A stretch of DNA of 63,468 bases, counting the filler, from Octopus bimaculoides (taxonomy: Eukaryota): assembly GCF_001194135.2 (NCBI RefSeq). It is 6 parts of 6 records of this genome, joined end to end, with 100 filler letters (N's around TTAATTAATTAA, not from the genome) between each part and the next. Parts side by side here need not be neighbours in the genome. Positions count along the whole stretch, not along the records: positions 47,901 to 58,336 come from NC_068981.1; positions 58,437 to 61,377 come from NC_068994.1; positions 61,478 to 63,468 come from NW_026346075.1; 3 more parts are not named here. One strand, written 5' to 3'. Position 1 is the stretch's first letter; each line of letters starts with the position of its first letter. The translations under genes were made by a program, and so were the position numbers. A model generated the notes under the pieces. The model was given only the letters and a program-made list of their open reading frames with translations, was not told where the DNA came from and searched no databases. This document shows, piece by piece, positions 49,781 to 61,993 of this stretch.

Positions 49781-50298
49781 AATTATGTACATTATTTACA
49801 TTATTTGCATTTGACGGATATTTGTCCTCATCTTGTTTTTTTAACACAACGTTTCGGTTGATATATCCTCCAGCCTTCATATTGGAGAAATTTTGAACCT
49901 GGGTTCTCATTCCTAAGGCATTTTTCGATGCTATTATTATTATTATTATTATTATTCAGGTCACTGCCGGGAATCAAACTTGGAATCTTTGGGTTAGTAG
50001 CCCACGCTCTTAACCACTATGCCATATGCCCGTGGACATTTATGGCGTAGTGGTTAAGAGCATGGGCTACTAACCCCATGATTCCGAGTTTGATTCCAGG
50101 CAGTGACCTAAATATTAATAATAATAATAATAACAATAATAATGATAACATTGAAAAATACCTTAGGAATGAGAACCCATTTTTGAAATTTCTCCAAGAC
50201 ACCTGATGAAGGCTGTTAACCAAAAAGTTGTGTTAACAACAAACAAGATGAGGACAAATATCCAGCAAATGTAAATAATATAAATAAGGTAAATAATG
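49781..50298. mobile_element. Head-to-head palindromic dimer of a tRNA-headed SINE with hammerhead-like tail
   Basis: Arms 49781-50031 (-) and 50034-50298 (+) are reverse complements; each has A-box tggc(g/a)tagtgg, B-box-like gtttgattcc, (AAT)n, body, CTGATGA...GAAAC remnant and (TGTAAATAA)n tail. Confidence 0.9.
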
Positions 50299-50404
50299 AG
50301 CATAATATGGGTTTCACCAAAAACTCAGATGGTTGTTTGCTATCCTATCCATTTGAACATCTGTACTCACTCTGTATAAAATTCTTAATTTAGGTATAAA
50401 GTAT

Positions 50405-51065
50405 TTGGCATGGTTGTGTGGTTAAGAAGCTCACTTTGGAACCACATAATTTTGGGTTCAGTTTCCCTGTGTGCACCTTGGGCAAGTGCCTTCCACTATA
50501 ACCCCAGGGTGATCAATGCCTTGGGTGTGCATTTAGTAAGTGGAAATGGTGTGGTAGCTCATTGTGTATAAATCTAAACATACAAGGGGCTGGCATTTGG
50601 AAGGGCATCCAGCTGTAAAAATCATGCCAAAACTGACCTTACCTGTGCTGATTCCATGTAAAAATCACTCAGTCCACTTTGTGGAGTGGTTGGTGTTAGG
50701 AAAGGCATCCAGCCGTAAAAACCTGGCCAAAATATACACAGTAGCCTAGGGTAGTCTTCTACCTGGCCGGCTCCTGTTAACCATCCTACCCATGCAAGCA
50801 TGGAAGATGGATGTTAAACGATGATGATGTATGTATGTATGTATGTATCTGTGGGTGTGTCTTTGTGTCAGTGTTTGGTATTTCCACCAATTTGACAACC
50901 AGTGTTGGTTTGTTTACACCTCATAGCATCAGCAATAAAGAATGGTAGAATAAGTACCAGACTATTAAAAAATAACTAATCTGGTTCATTTTTTTTCAAC
51001 TAAAACCCTCCAAAGTGATTCCCGACATGGCTGCTGTCCAATGACTGAAACAAGTAAAAGATAAG
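50405..51065 (+). mobile_element. Old SINE family A copy with an RTE 3'-tail element (50580-50830) nested inside
   Basis: A head 50405-50570; gggcatccagctgtaaaa...catgcaagcatggaagatggatgttaaacgatgatgat; A tail 50850-51065. Confidence 0.75.
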
Positions 51066-51829
51066 GCAATGTTAGTAAAGTAAAATGGTTGATGAAATCA
51101 ACCTGATAAGTTTTTCTCAGTATGTACATATTTTATTGATTCTATGAATCAATGAAAGAGAACAATCAAAAGTTTTTTTTTTAAATGTCTTGTATCTTTA
51201 ATTTAATTAAGATACATCATAGACATTGAAATGGTAAAGTACAAAATTGAATCTCAATACACAGAGAAAACATTGAATCCAATTCATTTACATTGTTGTT
51301 TTATTAATTTCGTAGACTGTTATCCTTCCTTCATCCTTTAACACTATGCTCTCCATTCACACTTTACATTGATCACACTCTCCTCACTGAGACACCAAAT
51401 TATCTCTCCTGCCCCCACCATATGTCTCACCCTACCTATACATTGTGCCTGCCTCTCTTTGCCATCCTCTCCAGCAAACCCCCAGCAGCATGTCATCCCT
51501 CTTTCTCCCTTCTCCTGTTTACTGTATCATCATTTTTATTCTGCTGTGCCACACAATCAGACATCCCCTATTCCCCCCCCCCAAACTCCCAGCACCTCTT
51601 TCTCACTCATTCCAACTCCTCTCGTGCCTTGAATATCCATTCTGTCCCCTCATTTCCGCTATTTTTAATCACTTTCCAGTTCTACCCCTTCCTCACCCTC
51701 TCTTTTAAAATGTGGGTAGCCATGTAGCTCCTTTACAACAAGAAACCTGTTTAGCTCCCGTTCTTTTCTTTCATGTCTTACCCCTCTCTGTTCCTTATTC
51801 TCCTAGTATAAATTTTCCCCCTACCTGTT

Positions 51830-52055
51830 CAGAGTTTGTATTCTTGCCAGCCACATGGCATCCTCACTTGTGCTGGTGGCATGACAAATACACCCATTAC
51901 ACTTTGTAAAGAGGTTAGCATTAGGTAGTGCATCCAGCAGTAGGAACCATACCAAAGCAGATTCTGGAGCACAATGTAGTGTTTGGGCTCATTGGATCGT
52001 TCTGAACTATCCAGCTCATTCCAGCATGGATCATGGACATTAAATGATGATGATG
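51830..52055 (+). mobile_element. RTE-type 3'-tail repeat (family C), diverged
   Basis: gcatccagcagtaggaacc...ccagcatggatcatggacattaaatgatgatgatg. Confidence 0.7.
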
Positions 52056-53387
52056 GTCACCAAAAACTGAGAAAATCTGTGCAATCTTAGTTTAAAACTA
52101 AAACCTCAAAGCACCTAGCACTATTAAAACTAAAAACGTTTTCTCTGCAATAAATCCTAAACCTGAAGCCTGTATGCAATGATGGATTATATCTTCCTTA
52201 CATATATGAATGTAAAAAGAGATTTATATGGCAAGATGAAAAAAAAAAAAATCACGAGAAATATTGAATACCCTTGTCCTACGTTTGAAGTCTATACATT
52301 ACTCTGTGAATATCATCAAATTTCTTATTAGAAATTTCATCTATTGAGATGTCTCTATGAAATCATGTAACATTTACTCTGGAGATATCACAATGACAGA
52401 GGTATTAAATTAATATTCTATGAAGTCATGTCTTTCACTGTTTCGTTTGACTAATCCAAACTTTAAATGTAAATTGGAATACAATAAAGAAATTCATGCA
52501 ATTTAAATATCATATTGCACCTTCCGTTAGAAAGTGCTGAAGTTAATATCTATGCTGAAATGTAATTTTGCAATGAGAAGTATCCGTATGTTCATAAGAG
52601 AGGAGAAGAGATAAATAAAAAAATAAAAAAATAGGTATGATATTTATCAGCAGGTTGTTTAATTCAAGTTTCTCTTAGGGAGGGAGAAAGTCTGGAATTA
52701 TATAATTTCAGTGATGTAGCAAGTCAAAGTCACATGTGAATAAGTTCTATAGAATCAGTCGTAAAATAAAATTGCAAACTACTTACTGAGAAAGGAGAAA
52801 GCACCAGCTGGCCACCAAAGTAGAAGAGAAGTGTTCAGTTTAATAAATATTCAATAGTTCATATCCTGTTACAAATATTATAGAGTGATCCTGTCAAAGA
52901 GATTTAATTCTCAATAACAATGTCGCCACCTCCATACCTCCACCAGCTGCAAATTGATATCATATGGAAGTGCATGGTGCTGTAAGAAATTGGGACACTT
53001 TATGATTGATGGTTATTGGTATATTTGTTGTGCTCTGCTCAAATCCTTCCATGATCCAGAAGGCATTGAGATGCCATTCTAATGTAGTATCTTTTGAATT
53101 ATTACATGAAGAGAAGATTGCTTAATGGGTAATAGGACATAACTTCAATTCTTTTTGGCACTGCTGCCGAACATAAGTATGCTGTTGACAGGTACAATAA
53201 TAGCGATGGTGATGGTAATCTATAGAATGATAGTGGCAATGTTCTCTAGGTGCTAAACAAATTAAATTAACGGCTGGTTTACTATGAATTCACATAGAAG
53301 AAGAATATAATTGAGATATAATATTAATTCATAGAAAATGGTTGGTGATGAATTGAGAAGATCTTTGGAATAGGTTCAATACTATAT

Positions 53388-53447
53388 TCAGTTGTCCCAT
53401 ATATTTGGTTCGTTTTCTTTTTCACTTGGCACTCCATCATAATACAT
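53388..53447 (-). CDS. Candidate terminal coding exon
   Basis: ttaaatttttttcAG|ATG TAT TAT...: MYYDGVPSEKENEPNIWDN* in phase 0 (phase 2 also open for ~40 codons); followed by ~1.3 kb of repeat-free sequence. Confidence 0.25.
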   Translation of the reverse strand: MYYDGVPSEKENEPNIWDN

Positions 53448-53619
53448 CTGAAAAAAATTTAAGATTTATCCAAATTTCAAAAACAGTAAATGAAAATAGT
53501 CGAAGAAGAATAGAGCTACAAAACCATAAAATGCCATGATAAAAATTCTTTTGATGTTGATTTGAATTAAATTTGGAAGGATTAAAATAATTTTGAAAAA
53601 AGAAAAATTAATTTTTCTG

Positions 53620-53687
53620 CTTGGTACTTTGGGCAAATGTCTTCTTGTGAGTGGATTTGAGGGTCAAAACTGAAAGAAGTTCATTGC

Positions 53688-53729
<42 letters not shown>

Positions 53730-53965
53730 CCATGTGTGTCTTTTTATTTGTGTTTGTTGCTCATCACCACTTGACAATTGGCATTGGTGTGTTTACATCC
53801 ATGTAACTTGGTAGTTCAGCAAAAATGACCAATAAAATAAACACGAAGCTTAAAAAAATAAAAGTACCAGGCTCAATTCATTCGACTAAAATTCTTCAAG
53901 GTGGTGCCCCCAACATGGCTGCAGTTTAATGACTGAAACAAGGAAAAGATAAAAGATAAAATAAA
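53620..53965 (+). mobile_element. Old SINE family A copy
   Basis: gggcaaatgtcttcttgtgagtggattt...gcagtttaatgactgaaacaaggaaaagataaaagata. Confidence 0.8.
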
Positions 53966-54771
53966 AGATTATCTAATAACCCAGGATAACAATAGAATAA
54001 TCCATTCAGAAATCTGTTCGGGGTAAGTCAATTTGCTGATAATAGCAGCCAAACCCACCTCACATCATACTTCACCATCTTAAAAAAGTAACGGACACTG
54101 TATCTCCCCTTCTCTCTTCGTGATGTAAAGCATGACTAGAGAAGTCAATCAACCAAGCAAGCAATGTTTATATTGATTCTCCTTATAGAGAGATTAAAGG
54201 TCGTCAGTTGTTTTCTTTTTATCCTTTCAGAGCCAATAAAATAAGTACCAGTTGTGTACTGGGGTTGATGTAATCGACTAGCTCTCTTCTCACTGAACTT
54301 CAGGCCATTGTGCTTATAGTAGAAAGGATTATTATATAGAGATTAAACTAAGGAAATCGGCACAAAAAGAAACAAAACTTTTAAAGTAAATTGCACATAG
54401 GTACAAGAGTGGTTGTGTGATAAGAAACTTACTTCCCAACCACATGATTCCAGGTTCAATTCCACTGCATTGCTCAATATGCAAAAAAATTGCCAAGTCC
54501 ACTAAATATACATTCACAGAAGCACCTACAGTTCAATGACCATCTGACATGGCATGATTTCACTGTTTTTAGACTGAAGTCCAAGACCAATAAGTTCATG
54601 GCACTCCATCGGTTACGATGATGAGTTTTGACTAAGGGTTGACTACAGGAAGGAGATCCAGTCATAGAAGCTTGCTCGAAAGAGTATTATTTAGCCTTTG
54701 TCTATATTGAAAAAGTAGACATAAAAATGAGAATGATTATATATATATATGTATATATATATAGTTTGTTA

Positions 54772-54940
54772 GTCGCAGGAGTGGCTGTGTGGTAAGTAGC
54801 TTGCTTACCAACCACATGGTTCTGGGTTCATTCCCACTGTGTGGCACCTTGGGCAAGTGTCTTCTACTATAGCCTTGGGCTGACCAAAGCCTTGTGAGTG
54901 GATTGGGTAGACGGAAACTGAAAGAAGCCCGTTGTATATA

Positions 54941-55023
<83 letters not shown>

Positions 55024-55238
55024 GGGTATATATGTTTGTGTGTCTGTGTTTGTCCCCCTAACATCACTTGACAACCAATGCTGGTGTGTTTACGTCCCTA
55101 TAACTTAGCGGTTTGGCAAAAGAGAATGATAAAATAAGTACTCGGCTTACAAAGAATAAGTCTTGGGGTTGATTTGCTCGACTAAAGGCGATGCTCCAGC
55201 ATGGCTACAGTCAAATGACTGAAACAAGTAAAAGAGTA
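54772..55238 (+). mobile_element. SINE family A, full length, young
   Basis: gcaggagtggctgtgtggtaagtagcttgcttaccaaccacatggttctgggttcattccc...gactgaaacaagtaaaagagta. Confidence 0.95.
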
Positions 55239-57122
55239 TAGTTAATAAAAAAACATATCAGAAAGAAGCACACTCTAACAAATAGAGCAGTAATTATTAC
55301 TACAAAATTTTATATAGAGGTACTCAAGGTTTTGTGCCAGCTTGTCAGACTCTATATGAATACAAGCTTTTAAAATATCTATGTACCACTCAGGAAACAC
55401 TCAGAACTTGAGGAATATGAAAAATGTTAATGAGTATGGGTTATTTCCCCTTAATTAGAGAAGGAAAACACTTATATACTCAGAGAGGCCTAATGAACAA
55501 ACGGGAAGATCTAATTTTCCATTGACTGAAATAAGTAAAAAATTAAAAAATTATTTAATTACTGAAATGATTTCTCAATTACCCTGTATATTGATATGGC
55601 TTGACTTTCTTTCTTCCTCTTTTGTATTTATATTAGAACGATACATGAATATGTGTATACACATATTAACAAATTTGTGCACAAGAATATCATATACTTA
55701 TTTTATAAATCAAAGAGAAAACTGCCATATGGTAATTCAACCTGCTAAAAGCAGAAACCAAATTTCTCTTAAATCACACTCTATTGCTTGGAAAAAAGAA
55801 TTTAAAAAAAAATGAAAGAAAAGACACATTTTATGATATAGTTTCAGACACGTTATACCTGAAAAGAAATACAAAAGGGAAAAGAAAGAAAGGGGGAAAA
55901 AAAGGTTAGTCATTGAATGTTTGATCATAGCTTGCTTGACAAAAAGACATAAATTTGTTGGACAACAACAACAAATACTTTCATACAAACATAAGCTAAT
56001 AAATAATATACATTAGATATATATTAGATATACACATATTTTCAATTATTGCGTATACTACTAAGAAAATTTTCCTGAATGTAAGATGGGTGAAAGGGTC
56101 AGTAACTATTTAGAAAAGTGGCTTATCAGAAAGCAAGTAGTCTCCGAGAAAAGAATGGAAATAATGTTTCTTCCTTGCTACATAATTATTTCCTCTTAGC
56201 TTTGTATTAGTCTCTGTATTAAATATATTAACACTAACTTAACTATTGTATTTCATGCTGATGTCATCTCTGAGATATTTATTCTCAAAGCAATTTCATG
56301 TTTCTTCCCCAACCAGTGAGCATTTTTTACTTAGCACACTCCCATTACTGCTTTAGTAAGTACAGTGAAGTTTATGTTTAGCTGAGGAGGCCGTAATTAG
56401 ATTGAAATTTGTTTAAAGTTGTCTCCCATAATTACTGAAAGACACCAAAAGGTTTTAATTATCAAGTAATAACACATTTTTCTCAGTCCATAATTATTTT
56501 TCACTGAGTTTATAATGTTGTTTTTCCATGCCTATACGGGTTTGATGAATATATAACTGACACTAACTTAATTAATGAAATTAATCTAATTTAAATTTGA
56601 AACAATTTCTGGAAAGAATTTTGTTGTTATTGCAGTTGTTGTTTGGCTCCAAGTTAGCCACAGTACAGCGGGCCTGCCATCGAAATCATTTTAGCTGTGA
56701 CCACCACATTTTGATTTCAAAAATATTGTATCTATGACTACTGTTTTTACTCATATGCACAGCTGTTGCTAAGCTGCATTCTTTATATATAACTATAATA
56801 ATATTTAGGCCTCAGCCTTTGACACGTACATATGTCATATGTTGTTTTTCTTGAATGGTGTTTGCAGCTTTGCTTGTGGTTGCATTTGAATAATAAACAC
56901 ATTTAGCTGAAATAATCCCAATTATTGCCAACACAGTCCTGGAACCATGAATATCATAGCAATATGTTTCTATGATCTATGCCTGGAACAAACAGACCAA
57001 CCGTTGCTGTTAAATCACCATTCCTGATTGACTGACAATATATGCAGTATCTAATGGTTATTAAGCTTAAAGTCGGCCAATTGAGAAATACCCATATTTG
57101 TTTCACACAGGTGGAAAGAATC

Positions 57123-57160
<38 letters not shown>

Positions 57161-57699
57161 NNNNNNNNNNNNNNNNNNNNNNNNNNNNNNNNNNNNNNNN
57201 NNAATAAATTTTATTAAAACTATATTTATTTATAACGTCCAAACAAAGGTTTCATGGATTGATCATTGCCGCTGGTTCACTCATGAAATGCTAACTGGTT
57301 TCTGCTTATGAATCTTATACACAATCAACAGAAACATGGAACTTTTCAATGATATTACATTTATTTGTATCTATGGATAGTTCTAATGCCTTTGTCTATG
57401 ACAATTCCATTCTTACAGAAACCACATTTCCAAGTATATAAATCTTTCTCTCATTTCTCATACAGGGAGAAAATGTTTGGTTCTTGCTATTTCCTTGAGT
57501 CTGCCTTTTTGATTCCATCACTCTACCACTAATTTTTCTGCCACTCAAACCCTTTTTAAGATTTCTATAATCTTTCGTGTATTCCAACAATACACGTTTT
57601 AAAGCCATTCTCTTAAATTGATCTTTTGTGTTTAGTGTTCCTTATTTAGCTTTTTCTCCCCATTTTCTCAAATAATTCTACCAACAAATCTGTGGGTAT

Positions 57700-58305
57700 C
57701 ATCATCATCATTTAATGTTCATTTTTCTATGCTTTCAACGGTTGGATGGATTCTGTTGTGGCAGATTTTCTATGGCCAGATGCCCTTAATATTACCAGCC
57801 CACACGTGTTTCCAAGTAAGGTAATACTTCCCCATAGCTGGGCACTCATTTACAACTATCAAGTGATGTCAAGATGAGGAGATACTCACCTGCACCATCA
57901 TCATCATCATCATTTAACATCTGCCTTCCATGCTGGCATGGGTTAGATGATTTTTCGTAATCATTTTCGGTACCAAGGCAGTTACCAGCAGAGTGCACTT
58001 GAGCACTCGAGCGAGATCGTTACCAGTGCCCTGGACTGGCTCTTGTGTGGGTGGCACATAAAATACACCATTTTGAGCATGGCCGTTGCCAGTAGCGCCT
58101 GACTGGCCTTCGTGCCGGTGACATGTAAAAAGCACCCACTACACTCTCGGAGTGGTTGGCGTTAGGAAGGGCATCCAGCTGTAGAAACTCTGCCAAATCA
58201 GACTGGAGCCTGGTGTAGCCATCTGGTTTCACCAGTCCTCAGTCAAATCGTCCAACCCATGCTAGCATGGAAAGCGGACGTTAAACGACGATGATGATGA
58301 TGATG
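57700..58305. mobile_element. Cluster of RTE 3'-tail repeats (family C): minus-strand pieces 57700-57870 and 57895-57960, plus-strand copy 57985-58305
   Basis: gggcatccagctgtagaaactctgccaaatcagactggagcc...catgctagcatggaaagcggacgttaaacgacgatgatg and reverse-complement tails. Confidence 0.85.
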
Positions 58306-58436
58306 TCAAAGGTTTATATGTATATATGTATATATANNNNNNNNNNNNNNNNNNNNNNNNNNNNNNNNNNNNNNNNNNNNTTAATTAATTAANNNNNNNN
58401 NNNNNNNNNNNNNNNNNNNNNNNNNNNNNNNNNNNN

Positions 58437-58526
<90 letters not shown>

Positions 58527-59009
58527 ATTTATATATACATATATACAGACATATACATATATATATATATATGTATGTCTACATATGTGTGTGTGTGTAT
58601 AGACACACACACACACACTCGTATATATTTGTCTGTGTATTTATATAGTGGCTGGTTAAGAATGATTAATCAAAATACATGTAGTTTACAAAGTGGCATT
58701 TTGGTAATTCAAGGAATTTTTCTGGAGGAAAACAAATTCTTGCAAAATCTAGTTGCAATCCTTTGTTAGATCCTTTTCATTTTACTCATGCACCACAAAA
58801 GATTTTGGTGAAGTCAAGAATTTTCAAATTCCAGTTTCTGCTCTGAGAATTTCTAATTCCATGTTCATCTAATAATGTATCAATATTTTCTAGTATCACC
58901 ACTTATTCCAACTTCAACAAAATTAATATTATCTTAACCCTCCCAGAGATGGTCCCCTACATCTAACTTTACACCCCACCACCATCTGAGTGGCTGAGGA
59001 AAAAAATAA

Positions 59010-59430
59010 AATCTTGCACATGGACAAGGACAGCTGTGTGAAGAAGTGCCGCACTCTAATGGTGGAGGGAACTTGCGAAAGGGTGGACTCAGGAAGACAT
59101 GGGACATGGTGGTGAATCATGAATCATGATCTTTGAACGTTGGGCCTCACAGAGGCAATGACAAGTGACCAAGGCATTTGGTGATATGCCATGCTTGAGA
59201 AGACCCGTCAAGCCAAATGAGATTGTAGTCATAGCCAATGCTAGTGTTACATAACTAGCATGTAAGAAGCACCCTTCAAACGTTGGGCAATGTGCTGTGC
59301 TCAAAAAGACCTGTCAAGTTAAGTGAAATCATAGTCATGGCCCATGCCAGTGTTGTGTAACTGGAACCCATGCTTGTGGCATGTAAAAAGGTACCATTCA
59401 AGTGTTGGGCCTCATGGAGGCTGTGACGGG
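59010..59430 (+). mobile_element. RTE-clade LINE 3' end (ORF C-terminus plus 3' UTR)
   Basis: HMDKDSCVKKCRTLMVEGTCE(R)G..RKTWD.VV..DL.TLGLTEAMTSDQGIW*YAMLEKT. Confidence 0.88.
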
Positions 59431-59469
59431 GGCATAAACGCACCAGCCTCCTTTGTCAAATGATGGCAG

Positions 59470-59672
59470 TGGGACAAAGATACACACATAAACACACACA
59501 CACATATATGTATAAATGACAGGCTTCTTCCAGTTTCCATCTACCAAATCCACTTACAAGACTTTGGTCGGCCCGAGGCTATAGTAGAAGACACTTGGCC
59601 AAGGTGTCACGCAGTGGGAACCCGGAACCCTGTGGTTGGTAAGCAAGCTACTTACCACTCAGCCACTCCTGT
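59470..59672 (-). mobile_element. SINE family A, 5' half
   Basis: Reverse complement of head and body. Confidence 0.88.
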
Positions 59673-59844
59673 GCATTTGTATATCATTCACACACACACA
59701 CACACACACACATATATTGACAAAGGAAGTAAACACTGGCAAGGGAGCCACCAAAAAAAAAAAAAAAAAAAAAAAAAAATCGAGGATTCTGTGAACAAAC
59801 TCTTTTGTGATGCTTGTTCTGCTTCAAGTTAGACACACCCTTAC

Positions 59845-59894
59845 CATTTTTGCCACTAGAAATGCAATGAACAAGCCACAGTCCAGTCAGAATA
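59845..59894 (-). CDS. Candidate 50-nt exon, signal-peptide-like end with phase-1 donor
   Basis: cattgtttacAG|...ATG|GTAAGG; single open frame ILTGLWLVHCISSGKN. Confidence 0.4.
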
Positions 59895-60291
59895 CTGTAA
59901 ACAATGATGCTTTTGTTCACAACTTGCATAAGATCAAAATATTAAATAATTGTAAAATATGCAATGATGAATAAGCCTCATCATCCCCTCTCCTTCTCTC
60001 TTTCTTTCTCTCTCTCTCCCTCACACACATACACACTCTTTCTCTCTCTCTCTCTCTCTCTCTCCCTCTTTTCTCTCTAGAAGCTTCTTATGTATCTGTC
60101 TGTCTCTATCTCTGCCCTTCTTTAGCTGCTTCTCTCCCTGTATTTCACAAGCTTCCACATTCCTGGAATCCAGTAAAGTATACACATGTATAAAAATTCC
60201 GTATATGCACATGATTGATTTTACTACATGCAAAGTCAATATGTGCTTAAAGAGTGTTAGCAACACATCAGACATTTTTTTCTTATTTTAC

Positions 60292-60367
60292 TTCAAAGTA
60301 ATTTCCAATGATAAGATTACCAAGCAAACATTTAACTTCAATTTCAAGTTGAACAGAAGCAGCATAT
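60292..60367 (-). CDS. Candidate 76-nt exon
   Basis: tctctattattgtAG|...GAA|GTAAAA; two open frames (YAASVQLEIEVKCLLGNLIIGNYFE or MLLLFNLKLKLNVCLVILSLEITL). Confidence 0.35.
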
Positions 60368-60604
60368 CTACAATAATAGAGATCTGATTTTATATCTGTA
60401 TATTTTTTTGTTTTTATTTTTTTTGTTATTGACCCTAACAAATTATATCAAATATTTCTGAAATATATCCATCAAATATCATTGAATATTTTAATCCATT
60501 TACATTAAGATATTTCTAAAATATATTTGCTTATTGATTTGCCTACTGGCTTTCCATGAAATTATCCTCAAACTCAAAATATTGATTTGTTTTTAAGCAC
60601 ATAC

Positions 60605-60684
60605 TTTCAGATTTATAGCATGGGAAAATGAGATTTTCAGATATGTTCATAACTTTTTCAAGGGCATTTGTATTTGCTATACAA
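60605..60684 (-). CDS. Candidate 80-nt exon
   Basis: ttacttcatttcAG|...AAA|GTATGT; single open frame CIANTNALEKVMNISENLIFPCYKSE. Confidence 0.35.
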
Positions 60685-61009
60685 CTGAAATGAAGTAATT
60701 TCAACTGGGATTGCAAATAAGGATATGGAATCAGTATTTCGAAAACTTCTCTCAATTCTACAACATTCAACTCAATATGAAAATTCTTTTTTTATTTTTT
60801 ATTTTTATTTTTATTTTTTTAATTATTCATTAGTACAGGCAGCAAAGAGTGGCAAAATAAGTTTGTTTTGAAACCACATCAATGAGTCCAACTGTACAGT
60901 GTGACACTTTTAAGACAATTGGCTACTTTTCTAGCCTGGGTTTACCAATGCCTTTGGTGGGGAATTTGGAAGATAAAAGCAGTGCAGAACCCAAGCACAC
61001 ACACGCACG

Positions 61010-61049
<40 letters not shown>

Positions 61050-61154
61050 TATAAATAAATAAATACATACCTATATACATGCGCACATACATACATACTT
61101 ACATACATGCATACATGCATACACACACACAAACACACACACGCACACACTCAC

Positions 61155-61270
61155 ATATATATATATAAATCAGATTGCAGCCTGGTGTAGCCATCTGGTT
61201 CGCCAGTCCTCAGTCAAATCGTCCAAGCCATGCTAGCATGGAAGACGGACGTTAAACGAAAATCATGGTG
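61155..61270 (+). mobile_element. RTE 3'-tail repeat (family C), short
   Basis: gcctggtgtagccatctggttcgccagtcctcagtcaaatcgtccaagccatgctagcatgg. Confidence 0.85.
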
Positions 61271-61305
<35 letters not shown>

Positions 61306-61624
61306 CATACATACATACATATATATATATATACATACATATATATATATATATATACATACATATATATATATATANNNNNNNNNNNNNNNNNNNNNNN
61401 NNNNNNNNNNNNNNNNNNNNNTTAATTAATTAANNNNNNNNNNNNNNNNNNNNNNNNNNNNNNNNNNNNNNNNNNNNGATTTGTCCAGTAAATGAAAAGT
61501 AAATGAAAAAAATATATATAAGGGAATTAAAAGACAAAATGCTGAAACAACGATTTACTCTGACGGTTAGCTACAAAAGAAGGACGAAAACAACAACAAC
61601 AATAAAAAACAAAATCAGTGAGAA

Positions 61625-61905
61625 CATCATCATCATCGTCATCATCACCACTATCTGTCATCATCATCATGATCACCAGCATCATCATCACCGTGATCAT
61701 GATCATCGCCGTCGCCATCATCAGCATCATCAACATCACCATAAACCTCCCCGCCGCCACCACCACCACCACCACCACCACCAGTACCCTCCCCCATCAT
61801 CATCATCATCATCGTCGTCGTCGTCGTCGTCTTCCTCCTCTTCCTCCTCCTCATCATCATTATCATTATCATCATCATCACCATCATCACCATCACCACC
61901 ATCAC

Positions 61906-61974
<69 letters not shown>

Positions 61975-61993
61975 TATCATCATCATCATCATC
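61625..61993. repeat. (CAT/CAC/CGT)n trinucleotide array
   Basis: Direct inspection; source of poly-H/S ORFs. Confidence 0.97.

Noticed and set aside
49958-50108. Possible pair of genuine tRNA genes
   Set aside because: T-stem and acceptor stem do not pair and the heads run into SINE bodies; they are tRNA-derived promoters, not tRNAs.
52860-53130. Minus-strand frame NSKDTTLEWHLNAFWIMEGFEQ...
   Set aside because: Bounded by stops, no clear splice sites, no recognised homology.
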